A stretch of DNA of 44,025 bases, from contig CADAHF010000001.1 in the NCBI GenBank assembly GCA_902787665.1, forward strand, positions 68,757-112,781, given 5' to 3'. This document shows positions 18,837-28,484 of the stretch, piece by piece (position 1 is the stretch's first letter; every line of letters begins with the position of its first letter). The translations under genes were made by a program, and so were the position numbers. The stretch is from an uncultured Pseudomonadota bacterium. GTDB lineage: Bacteria; Pseudomonadota; Alphaproteobacteria; Rs-D84. The notes under the pieces were generated by a model that saw only the letters and a program-made list of their open reading frames with translations, was not told the DNA's origin and made no database searches.

Positions 18837-19700
18837 TTATCTCCACTTAATTTTAAAAATCGGGATAAATTCAAACAACAACACCCAATTATGTTTGATT
18901 TTTAGTAAAGGAATACAACCAAACAATCGCAGACGAAAACGGGTCGCACATGCATCTGATTGCAGCCACGCATTCCAATATGCCGGGAAATTATTCACGA
19001 TATCCAAATGAATTGCGCGGTGTGCCGTTTTCATACGGTTATTTTGTATGCTTGATGTCTGGTTCGCAAACGTGCGATATTTTACCAATACTGTTTGCAG
19101 GTTATGAAAATGTGTAACGCCCATCAGTCGTGCCCACAGCCGATAATCCTCACTTGGGGAATAATATTCTTCGTATTCAATGTTATTATCAACCAACACA
19201 GATTTACGTATCATCGCCGCGGTATGCCACACGGAACAATCATAAGTCATTGCGATTTTTATATCGGTGTCAAATTCTGGGGCGGATCGAACGGTTTTTG
19301 CCGTTCCAAAATATTCCAGCCAGCCGGAAACAACACCAACATGCGGATTTGCGTCCAGGTATGCAACCTGTTGTTCCAATCTGTCTGGGACAGAAATATC
19401 ATCATGATCGAAAATCGCCAGGTATTCGCCACGTGCCATTTTTAACAATTTATTGCGCGATGGGGTTATGCCCATATTTTTTGTGTTTTTGGAATATTTA
19501 ATGCGAGTGTCTTTCTTGGCGTATTGCAAAACGATTTTTTCGATTTCTTTGTTATTTGGTGAATCGTTCAAAATCAAAAATTCAAAATCGGTAAATGTCT
19601 GCGCCAATATAGATTCAATCATTTCGCGCAAATGCGCCGGATTGGTGTTGTATATTGGTGTTAAAACAGATACGCGTGGCGATTTTGTTGTTGCTTTCAT
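18837..19700 (-). CDS. Family 2 glycosyltransferase
   Basis: VSVLTPIYN, SILAQTFTDFE, FDHDD, EDYRLW. Confidence 0.93.
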   Translation of the reverse strand: MKATTKSPRVSVLTPIYNTNPAHLREMIESILAQTFTDFEFLILNDSPNNKEIEKIVLQYAKKDTRIKYSKNTKNMGITPSRNKLLKMARGEYLAIFDHDDISVPDRLEQQVAYLDANPHVGVVSGWLEYFGTAKTVRSAPEFDTDIKIAMTYDCSVWHTAAMIRKSVLVDNNIEYEEYYSPSEDYRLWARLMGVTHFHNLQTVLVKYRTFANQTSSIQNNRMKTAHRAIHLDIVNNFPAYWNAWLQSDACATRFRLRLFGCIPLLKIKHNWVLLFEFIPIFKIKWR

Positions 19701-19825
19701 CCTTAAATCCTTTGGACAGAACTATAGACAATGTGGGTAATAATATCAATAAATAAAAATAATTGAAAGTTCGGGTGATTTTTGTTACGGTATGTCTAAT
19801 AGAATTATGAATATAAGGATTTTTT

Positions 19826-20788
19826 ATGGCTATTAAAGTTCGTGATTACGAGGTCCGCCTTACTAAAAACAAAGAAGAACGCCGGCAAGTGCGCGCATTG
19901 CGTTATGCTGTGTTCTGTGAAGAAGAGGGCGCGTCCGCAACCGAAGAACAGAAAAACCTGCGCGAAGAATACGACAGTTTTGATCGCTTTGCTGAATATA
20001 TGGCTGTGTTTCATAATGGTAATGTCGTTGGATGCTATCGTATTATTGACCGCGAAGCTGCCGAAAAAATGGGCAGTTTTTATACCGAATGCGAATTTAA
20101 TATTTCCAAGATAAAGAAAGTGCGTGGCAATATTGCCGAAATGTCGCGTGCGTGCGTTGATGTGCGCTATCGCGATAATGCGCTGGTGATGCGTTTGCTT
20201 TGGGCGGGATTGTCTGAATATGTGTTGCGTCGCAAGGTTCGCGTTTTGTTCGGTGTCGCGTCTTGGGTTGGACAAAAACCGGGCTTGTCGGCACATGCGA
20301 TTTCATACCTGTATTACAACCGGTTGGCACCATCGCGTCTGCGCGCCACGGTTGAGGTTGATAATTTCCATGAAAGCGTTAATCCGGGCCTTGCGCGGAT
20401 GAACATCATGCCAAAAGAGTTTGTCGATGAAGACGAAGCGTTTCGTCAGATGCCACCGTTGGTTAAGGGGTATTTGCGTATTGGTGCTGATTTCGGCAAG
20501 GGGGTTTTTGTTGACAAGAATTTCAACACATACGATGTATTTGTAACCTTGCAAACGAAAAACATTAATGCGACATATCAAAAACACTTCCTGGGTCGGG
20601 AAAATGCATTGGATGATTTAGATGTTGATATTGATGATGGTGCGGTCAAGACAATCGGTAAAATCGTTTTGTTCCCAGTTACTGGACCATTAAAGGTGTT
20701 GGGCTCGTTCGTTAAATTCTTTCTGCGTGAAGATGCCGAAGACGCTGAATACGTCGAAGATAAAGATAATGATACAGATGCGGACTAG
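19826..20788 (+). CDS. olsB: Ornithine N-acyltransferase (GNAT, OlsB-like)
   Basis: LRYAVFCEE, DSFD, EMSRACV, PPLVKGYLRIGA; followed by an acyltransferase. Confidence 0.8.
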   Translation: MAIKVRDYEVRLTKNKEERRQVRALRYAVFCEEEGASATEEQKNLREEYDSFDRFAEYMAVFHNGNVVGCYRIIDREAAEKMGSFYTECEFNISKIKKVRGNIAEMSRACVDVRYRDNALVMRLLWAGLSEYVLRRKVRVLFGVASWVGQKPGLSAHAISYLYYNRLAPSRLRATVEVDNFHESVNPGLARMNIMPKEFVDEDEAFRQMPPLVKGYLRIGADFGKGVFVDKNFNTYDVFVTLQTKNINATYQKHFLGRENALDDLDVDIDDGAVKTIGKIVLFPVTGPLKVLGSFVKFFLREDAEDAEYVEDKDNDTDAD

Positions 20789-20793
20789 TAATT

Positions 20794-21621
20794 ATGGCTG
20801 TGCGGAAACAAAATATTTTTAACACAATTACCGGCGGAATTCGTATGGGGCTGTTTTGGATAATGGTTGTTATCCAAATGCCGTTGATATGTTTGATGCC
20901 AACTGGACGTGTTTCTGTTGCTTATATGCGTGTGTTTATGTGGTTTTTGCAAATCATATCAAGTGTTAAAATTCGTGTGCATGGTAAATTAGTCAAAGAC
21001 AGACCTTTGTTGGTTGTGTCTAATCATATATCTGTATTTGAAATCGCAATGTTCCCAGTGGCTTTTGGGGGCAGTTTAATTGCCAAGAAGGAAGTTGCCA
21101 GTTGGCCAATCGTTGGTTGGGTTGCAAAAAAGTTCGGTGTTATTTTTGTTAATCGTAATCCGTCAGCTGCAGCAACCGCACTAAATGATGTTCAAAAAAC
21201 TTTGGCAAAAATAAAATATCCGCTTTTTGTGTTTCCCGAAGGAACCACAACAAACGGTGCGTATGTCAAACCATTTAAAAGCGCACTGTTTAATGTGATT
21301 GAGGGAACAGATATCCCAGTGCAACCGGTTGTGGTTAATTATCGTTTCCGTAATGGGGATGTGATTTCAGATGAAGATATGGCGAATCATTATGCTTATT
21401 TTTCAAATGCTAAAATGGATATGGGACCACTTGCAAAACGCGAACGCAGTGCGTTTGGACAACTGTATCATGTCATGATGCTGGGCGGAATGATGATTGA
21501 AATGACTGTTTTGCCAGTGCCAGATTTAAAGGGATTAAACAGAAAACAAATTGCCGAAAAACTTGGCAATATGGTTTCTGAAAAATATATGGAATTAAAA
21601 GATAAACCTGCAAAAAAGTAA
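20794..21621 (+). CDS. olsA: Lyso-ornithine lipid / lysophospholipid acyltransferase (OlsA/PlsC family)
   Basis: SNHISVFE, AKKEVASWP, FPEGTT, FKSALF; synteny with olsB. Confidence 0.75.
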   Translation: MAVRKQNIFNTITGGIRMGLFWIMVVIQMPLICLMPTGRVSVAYMRVFMWFLQIISSVKIRVHGKLVKDRPLLVVSNHISVFEIAMFPVAFGGSLIAKKEVASWPIVGWVAKKFGVIFVNRNPSAAATALNDVQKTLAKIKYPLFVFPEGTTTNGAYVKPFKSALFNVIEGTDIPVQPVVVNYRFRNGDVISDEDMANHYAYFSNAKMDMGPLAKRERSAFGQLYHVMMLGGMMIEMTVLPVPDLKGLNRKQIAEKLGNMVSEKYMELKDKPAKK

Positions 21622-21632
21622 GAGAAGTAAAA

Positions 21633-23069
21633 ATGAAAACAGCAATTACACCAACACGTGCCGAGGATTTTAGCCAGTGGTATCAAAATTTAATCGTTGC
21701 CGCAGATTTGGCGGAAAACGCGCCTGTGCGTGGTTGTATGACTATTAAGCCGTATGGTTGGGCGATTTGGGAACTGATGCGCGATGAAATGGATAAACGC
21801 ATCAAAGCATGTGGTGTTCAAAATGCAAATTTTCCATTGCTGATTCCAATTGACTATTTTAATCGCGAAGCGGAACATGTTGCGGGCTTTGCAAAAGAGG
21901 CCGCGGTTGTCACACACTATCGCCTGAAAAAGATTGATGGTAAATTACAACCAGACCCAGATGCAGAATTAACGGAACCGTATGTTATTCGTCCAACATC
22001 TGAAACGATTATTGGTGAGGCAATGTCGCGTTGGGTGCAATCGTATCGTGATTTGCCAATGAAATTAAATCAGTGGGTTAATGTTATGCGCTGGGAAATG
22101 CGCCCACGTTTGTTCTTGCGCACTTCTGAATTTAATTGGCAGGAAGGGCACAATGTGTTTGCAACACATGATGAAGCAAACACTGATGCGCGCAAAATGC
22201 ATCGGGTTTATGGTGACTATATGCGTGAAGTGCTGGCAATACCATGCATTATGGGTGAAAAAACGCCCGAAGAGAGATTTGCCGGGGCTGACCATACATA
22301 TACCATTGAACAAATTATGCAAGATGGTAAAGCGTTACAAGCCGGAACATCGCATGATTTGGGTCAACATTTTGCAAAATCTTTTGGTATTCAATTTTTA
22401 GGTACTGATGGTAAATTGCAATATGCGTGGACGACCAGCTGGGGAACATCAACGCGTATGATGGGCGGCCTGTTTATGATTCACAGTGACGATGATGGTT
22501 TGGTTTTGCCACCGGTCGTCGCGCCGTACCAGGTTGTCGTTATTCCGATTACTCGTGACGATACCGCGGACGATTTGAATGCGTATGGACACAAAATTGC
22601 TGATAAATTGCGCAGCGCTGGTGTTCGTGTTTTGGTTGATGATACTGATGCGCGCAGCCCAGATAAAATGTGGAAATGGATTAAGCGCGGTGTGCCATTA
22701 CGGGTTGAGGTTGGTGCGCGTGAAATGGAATCAAATGCCATAAGTGTTACACGGCGTGATATCGGCAAAGATTCCAAAGCAACAATGTCTGTGGATGAAT
22801 TTATTGAAAATGTTCACGATATGTTGTCGCAAATGCAATCTGATATGTATGTCGCGGCACAAAAACGCAACGAATCAATGATTCACAGTGTTGCAGATTT
22901 GAACGAATTGGATGCTGCATTGAATTCGGGCAAGGTTGGATTTTTCCGTATCAAATATGATTTAACAACAAATGAAAAATTTGATGAATTAATGGAAAAA
23001 TACAAGATTTCCCGTCGGTGCTTAGATGATGCCGATCCAACATATGTGTTTGTTGCAAAATCTTATTAA
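21633..23069 (+). CDS. proS: Proline--tRNA ligase, archaeal/eukaryote-like type
   Basis: DFSQWY, RPTSET, RWEMRPRLFLRTSEF.WQEGH, LQAGTSH, SWGTSTR, C-terminal AKSY; no INS editing domain. Confidence 0.96.
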   Translation: MKTAITPTRAEDFSQWYQNLIVAADLAENAPVRGCMTIKPYGWAIWELMRDEMDKRIKACGVQNANFPLLIPIDYFNREAEHVAGFAKEAAVVTHYRLKKIDGKLQPDPDAELTEPYVIRPTSETIIGEAMSRWVQSYRDLPMKLNQWVNVMRWEMRPRLFLRTSEFNWQEGHNVFATHDEANTDARKMHRVYGDYMREVLAIPCIMGEKTPEERFAGADHTYTIEQIMQDGKALQAGTSHDLGQHFAKSFGIQFLGTDGKLQYAWTTSWGTSTRMMGGLFMIHSDDDGLVLPPVVAPYQVVVIPITRDDTADDLNAYGHKIADKLRSAGVRVLVDDTDARSPDKMWKWIKRGVPLRVEVGAREMESNAISVTRRDIGKDSKATMSVDEFIENVHDMLSQMQSDMYVAAQKRNESMIHSVADLNELDAALNSGKVGFFRIKYDLTTNEKFDELMEKYKISRRCLDDADPTYVFVAKSY

Positions 23070-23070
23070 T

Positions 23071-23090
23071 AACGGGGCGAAAGCCCCGTT
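23071..23090. terminator. Bidirectional terminator
   Basis: AACGGGGC-gaaa-GCCCCGTT. Confidence 0.8.
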
Positions 23091-23094
23091 TGTT

Positions 23095-23394
23095 TTATCG
23101 TGTGCGCAACATTCGCACATCATCAAATTCAGGATACCGCGTAAACATATTTCGTGCAATGGGACAAATTGGTAAAACATTTCTGTGCTGTTGCCGTGCA
23201 ATTTGGCACACACATCGCACCAGGTTTAATTCTATATCGCTGTTTTGATATTTATCGTCTACTTCGGTATGGTCAATAATAACAGTGTTTGATCCAGTTC
23301 GTATAAAAGTTATTTTTCCAATTTGGTGGCCGTCACAATACGCATAAAAACCGTTTCCGTGTGCAAAAGGTATGTATGTTATTTTATTGTTCAT
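23095..23394 (-). CDS. Small GNAT acetyltransferase-like protein (YjdJ family)
   Basis: IIDHTEVD, ARQQ..VLPICP, YPEFDDV; the acetyl-CoA glycine loop appears degenerate (YQNSDIE). Confidence 0.75.
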   Translation of the reverse strand: MNNKITYIPFAHGNGFYAYCDGHQIGKITFIRTGSNTVIIDHTEVDDKYQNSDIELNLVRCVCQIARQQHRNVLPICPIARNMFTRYPEFDDVRMLRTR

Positions 23395-23489
23395 GATTTT
23401 CCCCGTGTTTTGAGAAAATCATAACATTCGTTTTTCGTGATATAAATATGATTGTATGCCAAACAAAATGGGGCGTTTGCCCCATTTGA

Positions 23490-24425
23490 TTATTTTCCAA
23501 TTAAATCGAAATTCTTTCTAACTATTTTGGCACTGTGTTGCAGATTTGACACTTCTGTCTTATCCATTTGTGGAATCAGTGTGCGTGTTGCACCATTGTT
23601 GCCAACAATTCGTGGCATTGATACTGCAACGGAATTTTTACCAATACCTTCTACTGTGCTGACGGTCAATATGCGGTTTTCATCATTTATTATACTGCGA
23701 ATTAAATCAGCAGCTGCGCCGGCAATGCCGTCCCATGTCGCGCCGCGTCCACGAATGATTTCGTATGCAGCCGTTTTAACACGATGTTCGATTGTTGCAC
23801 GTGTGTTATCTGTCATTGGGGTATTTGTTTGTTTGCAAAAATCGTTTAATGCGATTGCGCCGATTGTTGCACAATTCCATGCGACAATACTGCTGTCGCC
23901 ATGTTCACCCAATACATACGCATTAACCGATTGTGGTGATACAGACAAACTGCGCGATAATATGACATGCAGACGCGCCGAATCAAGCATGGTACCAGTT
24001 CCAATAACGCGTGATGCAGGTAACTTTGACAATTTTTGCGCCAACATAACCATCACATCCAATGGATTTGTGACGATAACAAGTTTTACATTTTTTGAAT
24101 CCACGTTTGCCATTATTTTTGGAACAATATCGGAAATTACAGCAGCATTTTTATGTAATAAATCCATTCGTGTTTCGCCCGGTTTTTGATTCGCCCCGGC
24201 GGATATAATAACTATTTCGGAACCTTTTATAGCACGATAATTACTTGCCGCAGTAATTTTAACATCATATGAAAATGCGGCGGCATGCCCCAGGTCTTCG
24301 GCGGCTGCACGTGCGCGCACACCATCAATATCAAACAAAACAATTTCATGTGCCAGACCAGTGTTTTTAACCGCAGTTGCAACTGCTGAACCAACTGATC
24401 CAATTCCGATTATTGATACTTTCAT
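23490..24425 (-). CDS. ldh: L-lactate dehydrogenase
   Basis: GIGSVG, AGANQKPGETR (Gln specificity residue), NPLD, LDSAR, GEHGDS. Confidence 0.88.
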   Translation of the reverse strand: MKVSIIGIGSVGSAVATAVKNTGLAHEIVLFDIDGVRARAAAEDLGHAAAFSYDVKITAASNYRAIKGSEIVIISAGANQKPGETRMDLLHKNAAVISDIVPKIMANVDSKNVKLVIVTNPLDVMVMLAQKLSKLPASRVIGTGTMLDSARLHVILSRSLSVSPQSVNAYVLGEHGDSSIVAWNCATIGAIALNDFCKQTNTPMTDNTRATIEHRVKTAAYEIIRGRGATWDGIAGAAADLIRSIINDENRILTVSTVEGIGKNSVAVSMPRIVGNNGATRTLIPQMDKTEVSNLQHSAKIVRKNFDLIGK

Positions 24426-24551
24426 CTTTTTTCCCCATGGTTATTGTTTTTATTATATCACATTGGTATAAAAATTTTTATAAAAAGCACTTGCGACAAA
24501 TAAAATTTATTTTCTATAATCACAATACGAATAAACAAGGAGAAAATAATC

Positions 24552-25124
24552 ATGAAAACATTATCAATTTTGTCTGCCATTTGTGGTGTTGCATTTATGT
24601 CTGCTGCGTCTGCTGCCGATATTACAATTTACTATTCACCAACATGTCCGCATTGTCATCATGCGCGTGAATTTATTTCCAGCACATTGATTTATGAATA
24701 TCCACAATTAAAAGTGACAGAAGTTAATGTTTTCGAAGATGCGAATCGTCCAACATTTGAATCTGCATTGAAGAAATGTGAATATGAATCTGGTGGTGTG
24801 CCGGTGTTGGTAATCGGTGAAAAATGTTTCCAGGGTTATGCAGATTTTATGCAGAAAGATTTGCGTGACGCGGTTGAGGCAGATTTGGATGATGCAGCAA
24901 AAGCGACAGCTGCTGAAAACAAGGCGGCACTGGAAAAAGATGCCGATGCATTCAAATCAGAACACGCAGATCGTAAAGATGCGATTTCTGAATATGTTGT
25001 TGCTGCCGAACAACCACAAAAAAAAACTAATGGTGGATCAACAATTTGGTTTTATGCTTTCTTGATTGCGTTGGTTGCGGCATTGGGATTTGTCTTGGTG
25101 GGTAATGGAAACAAGAAAAAATAA
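24552..25124 (+). CDS. Exported thioredoxin-fold protein (CPHC) with C-terminal membrane anchor
   Basis: Signal peptide, CPHC, GVP, C-terminal GGS-TM-KKK. Confidence 0.8.
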   Translation: MKTLSILSAICGVAFMSAASAADITIYYSPTCPHCHHAREFISSTLIYEYPQLKVTEVNVFEDANRPTFESALKKCEYESGGVPVLVIGEKCFQGYADFMQKDLRDAVEADLDDAAKATAAENKAALEKDADAFKSEHADRKDAISEYVVAAEQPQKKTNGGSTIWFYAFLIALVAALGFVLVGNGNKKK

Positions 25125-25144
25125 GCATTTGGTAAATTCAAATT

Positions 25145-25915
25145 ATGTTTGATTTAACTATTCTTGATTACATATACATCGCCATAGTTTTGGCATCAAC
25201 CGTTTGGGCAACGATTCGTGGCGGTGTATATGAAACAATTGCAACATTATCGTGGGTTGTTGCGGCGGTTGCTGCGCGATTTTTTTCACCAACGGTTGAT
25301 GGTTGGTTGCAAAATTGGTTCGGGTTACCTGAATCAACGGTTGGAACACTGGTTGCATCGTATTTTATAATATTTTTTGCAATATTGATTGTTGTTGGAT
25401 TTATAAATCAAAAACTGCGCGATTGGATTCAAGGCAGTATTATGAATGTTACCGATAAAACACTTGGTGTTATTTTTGGTGTTGTGCGTGGTATTGTTGT
25501 AATGGGGGTCGTGTATTGGATTGCGTTATGGTATTATTCTGATTCACCGATTTTGCCGACATGGTTGGCAAATGCGCGCACACGTCCAATTATGCAAGTG
25601 ACAGCGGTAAAACTTGATGAATGGTTCTTGCCTGGCAAAGAAAACAAATTGTTGGCGCGCGATATTGCTGGCACGCATGAAGCGATAGAGATTTATAAAA
25701 ATCTGATTAACCCGGCAATTGCAAACAAGGATGCTGAAAAAATAACGGCGTCGGACAATTCAGACGCAACGGAAAAACAGCCAGCGGAGACTGGTTATAA
25801 ATCGTCTGAACGCACCGCGCTGGAAAATCAGTTGATGCAGATAGAAACTGCGGCCAAGGTCCAAGATGCAATCGATGCGGCCAAGGAAGCAGAAAAGCAA
25901 GATTCCGCAGAATAA
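25145..25915 (+). CDS. cvpA: CvpA (colicin V production) family membrane protein
   Basis: LDY, RGGVYE, DKTLGVIFGVVRG. Confidence 0.85.
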   Translation: MFDLTILDYIYIAIVLASTVWATIRGGVYETIATLSWVVAAVAARFFSPTVDGWLQNWFGLPESTVGTLVASYFIIFFAILIVVGFINQKLRDWIQGSIMNVTDKTLGVIFGVVRGIVVMGVVYWIALWYYSDSPILPTWLANARTRPIMQVTAVKLDEWFLPGKENKLLARDIAGTHEAIEIYKNLINPAIANKDAEKITASDNSDATEKQPAETGYKSSERTALENQLMQIETAAKVQDAIDAAKEAEKQDSAE

Positions 25916-25930
25916 GATGTTATAATAATA

Positions 25931-25958
25931 AAATAACCGTCCAGATGGACGGTTATTT
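25931..25958. terminator. Bidirectional terminator between cvpA and tRNA-Thr
   Basis: AAATAACCGTCC-agat-GGACGGTTATTT. Confidence 0.85.
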
Positions 25959-25963
25959 ATTTC

Positions 25964-26039
25964 TGGTGCCAGTTGTCGGACTTGAACCAACGACCCTCTG
26001 ATTACAAATCAGATGCTCTACCAGCTGAGCTAAACTGGC
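25964..26039 (-). tRNA. tRNA-Thr (TGT)
   Basis: Reverse complement GCCAGTTTAGCTCAG...TCTGA-TTTGTAA-TCAGA...GTTCAAGT...AACTGGCACCA. Confidence 0.95.
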
Positions 26040-26157
26040 CTGGTGACGCTTATATTACATTGTTGGTTTATAAATATCAAGCACATTTTTTCGGGTTCTT
26101 GATTTTTTGTTTTTCTTTGCTAATATGCTGGAAAACAGGACAAAAAGGGGTGTGTTT

Positions 26158-26652
26158 ATGTCGCTTTATAATCAACTTGAACGCAAAGCACAGCAGAAAT
26201 CTCAGACGACAAAGGAATTTTTTGCCGATTTGGATAAAAAAATCAAGGAATCTAGATGGTTTTCTTGTGATGTCCATGAAAATTGCGAAACTTATCGCCT
26301 TGATAAAATAGATGTTTCGTTTGATATACGCACAGCGCAGCTGGTTGTTATGAATAAAATGGGTATTGAAACGAAAAATATGGACTGTCAGGATAGTGCA
26401 AAATCTGTGAGACAGCACACAAAGCATGAATTATTTTGCGAATTATTGTCGGTTGCGCGAACAAGAAATTTTGCAGAAAATGAAATGCGCGATGCAATAC
26501 AGCAACACAGCAAAAAAAGTTGCGATGTCGAAAATATAAAAAACGAACTGGCAACATACGCAACGCACAGACGGGTAAAAAGACAAAAACTGGGAATTCG
26601 TGCGATTATGCGGCAATCTGTGATGCGTGCGTTCCGGGGCAGGGGTTTATAG
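26158..26652 (+). CDS. Hypothetical protein with basic C-terminus
   Basis: AAGGGG RBS before ATG 26158; no recognisable domain. Confidence 0.65.
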   Translation: MSLYNQLERKAQQKSQTTKEFFADLDKKIKESRWFSCDVHENCETYRLDKIDVSFDIRTAQLVVMNKMGIETKNMDCQDSAKSVRQHTKHELFCELLSVARTRNFAENEMRDAIQQHSKKSCDVENIKNELATYATHRRVKRQKLGIRAIMRQSVMRAFRGRGL

Positions 26653-26665
26653 GAACAATATATCT

Positions 26666-27907
26666 ATGAAAAAATTACCAGAATTATTGGTGCCGGCGGG
26701 AACCTTGGATGCGTTCAAAACGGCGATACTGTATGGCGCGGATGCGATTTATGCGGGCCTGCCCGGGTTTTCAATGCGCGCGCGCGCAAAAATCACTACC
26801 GAAGAAGTAAAGCAGGGTATCGATTTGGCGCATGCGGCCGGGAAAAAAGTGTATTTGGCATTTAATCTTTTTGCGCACGACTGTGAATACCCGAATTTGC
26901 CGCGAGTCAGTGAGATTATAAATTACCTGTGCCCAGATGCGTTGATTGTTTCGGATCCTGGTGTTGTGACATGGGTGCGGGAAAATCACCCCAATATGCC
27001 AATTCATATTTCAACCCAGGCGAATATTTGTTCGGCGCGTTCGGTAAAGTTCTGGCAAAATGCGGGTGCATCGCTGTGTGTGTTGGCGCGTGAATTGTCG
27101 CATGCCGATTTCAAGACAATTCGTGCGGCATGTCCCGACATGAAATTGGAAATATTTGTTCACGGTGCAATGTGTATGGCGTATTCGGGTCGGTGCCTGC
27201 TGTCTAACTTTATTACGGGACGGCCGGCAAATCGTGGTGCGTGCGCGCAACTGTGCCGGTGGAAATATGATGTGATATTGCGTGAGGTTGATACCGGTGT
27301 TGAAATGCCGTTGGACGAAGATGAGCATGGTGCGTATATATTGAACAGTAAAGATTTATGTTTAATGCCACGTTTGGCAGAAGTATTGGAATCAAACCCA
27401 GATTCATTAAAGATTGAAGGACGAAATCGTTCCGAATACTATGTTGCATCGGTTGTACATGCGTATCGCTGTGCGATTGATGCGTATGCGCGCGATCCTG
27501 AACATTTTGACCCAGCGCCATTTATGGATGATTTAAACAAGTTAGAAACAAGGGGTTATACAACGGCATTCTTTGATGGGCCATTACCACACGATGCACA
27601 CAATTATGAATCTGCACGTTCAACGTCCAATTATCATGCGGCAGGCGTTATTGTTGCAAACGATGGTGAAAAAATCACATTTGAATTGCGTAATGAAATT
27701 TGCGCTGGCGATGAAATAACATTTTTAGTGCCAGGTGAATTTGAAAAACAGACAATCAAATTACCACAAATCATAAATGCGAAAAATGGTGATGTTTTGC
27801 CAAAAATGTCTGCGGGTCAGCACAACAGTATTACAATTCCGCGCGCATGGGCGGGTGACGGTTTTGATAAATTAGTGCCACTGGTTGTTGCATATAAGAA
27901 AAAATAA
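26666..27907 (+). CDS. Peptidase U32 family protein (TrhP/YegQ-like tRNA hydroxylase)
   Basis: PELLVPAG, HISTQAN, FVHGAMCMAYSGRCLLS, NRGACAQLCRW, NSKDLC, SLKIEGR. Confidence 0.92.
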   Translation: MKKLPELLVPAGTLDAFKTAILYGADAIYAGLPGFSMRARAKITTEEVKQGIDLAHAAGKKVYLAFNLFAHDCEYPNLPRVSEIINYLCPDALIVSDPGVVTWVRENHPNMPIHISTQANICSARSVKFWQNAGASLCVLARELSHADFKTIRAACPDMKLEIFVHGAMCMAYSGRCLLSNFITGRPANRGACAQLCRWKYDVILREVDTGVEMPLDEDEHGAYILNSKDLCLMPRLAEVLESNPDSLKIEGRNRSEYYVASVVHAYRCAIDAYARDPEHFDPAPFMDDLNKLETRGYTTAFFDGPLPHDAHNYESARSTSNYHAAGVIVANDGEKITFELRNEICAGDEITFLVPGEFEKQTIKLPQIINAKNGDVLPKMSAGQHNSITIPRAWAGDGFDKLVPLVVAYKKK

Positions 27908-27930
27908 AACGCACCGTTTGGTGCGTTTTT
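27906..27930. terminator. Bidirectional terminator
   Basis: AAAACGCACC-gttt-GGTGCGTTTT. Confidence 0.8.
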
Positions 27931-28484
27931 TATTTACCGTTATTTTGTTTGTTGTGTATCAATATGCCAACAATCGATGTAACACCCGACAATTGTTTTT
28001 TATAATGTGCAACCGTTGGTAAATCCGTCGACTGTTGTACTGGTTTTGTAACACGCTTTGCCATCGGTTTATATTTTGCCGACAGTGTGTTAAATGTAGC
28101 CAATGTCTTGTTTATCCACTGTGGAATTTTAGATTCAAGTTTTTGACTGTTTTCCGATGTAAACGAAACATTTGCGTTACGATTGCTGCTTGTCATGATG
28201 CGTTTTGCAATGCGTTTTGAACGACGTTCATTTACACGAATTAAAAACTTCGTAACAGGATTGCTTTTGTCCATCGTTGATAGTTTGGCACTTATAAACT
28301 GAAACGCGTTATATGAAGCCGCGCCAATCGTCATGCGTGAAAGCAAGCCCTTTAGAAACATTGCACGATAAAGTTGATAATATGCAATCGCAAGTTTCTT
28401 ACGATCAGATTTTGGAATAATATGTTTTTTCTTTGGTTTTTGGGTTTTGGCAACCTGGGCCATGTTGTTTGTGCTTTTCTGCAT
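27930..28484 (-). CDS. Hypothetical highly basic protein
   Basis: AAGGGGG RBS; 184 aa, Lys/Arg rich; no family recognised. Confidence 0.65.
   Translation of the reverse strand: MQKSTNNMAQVAKTQKPKKKHIIPKSDRKKLAIAYYQLYRAMFLKGLLSRMTIGAASYNAFQFISAKLSTMDKSNPVTKFLIRVNERRSKRIAKRIMTSSNRNANVSFTSENSQKLESKIPQWINKTLATFNTLSAKYKPMAKRVTKPVQQSTDLPTVAHYKKQLSGVTSIVGILIHNKQNNGK

Noticed and set aside
23452-24189. 245-aa ORF antisense to ldh, and other long antisense ORFs in the track
   Set aside because: Shadow frames of well-supported genes, with no recognisable motifs.
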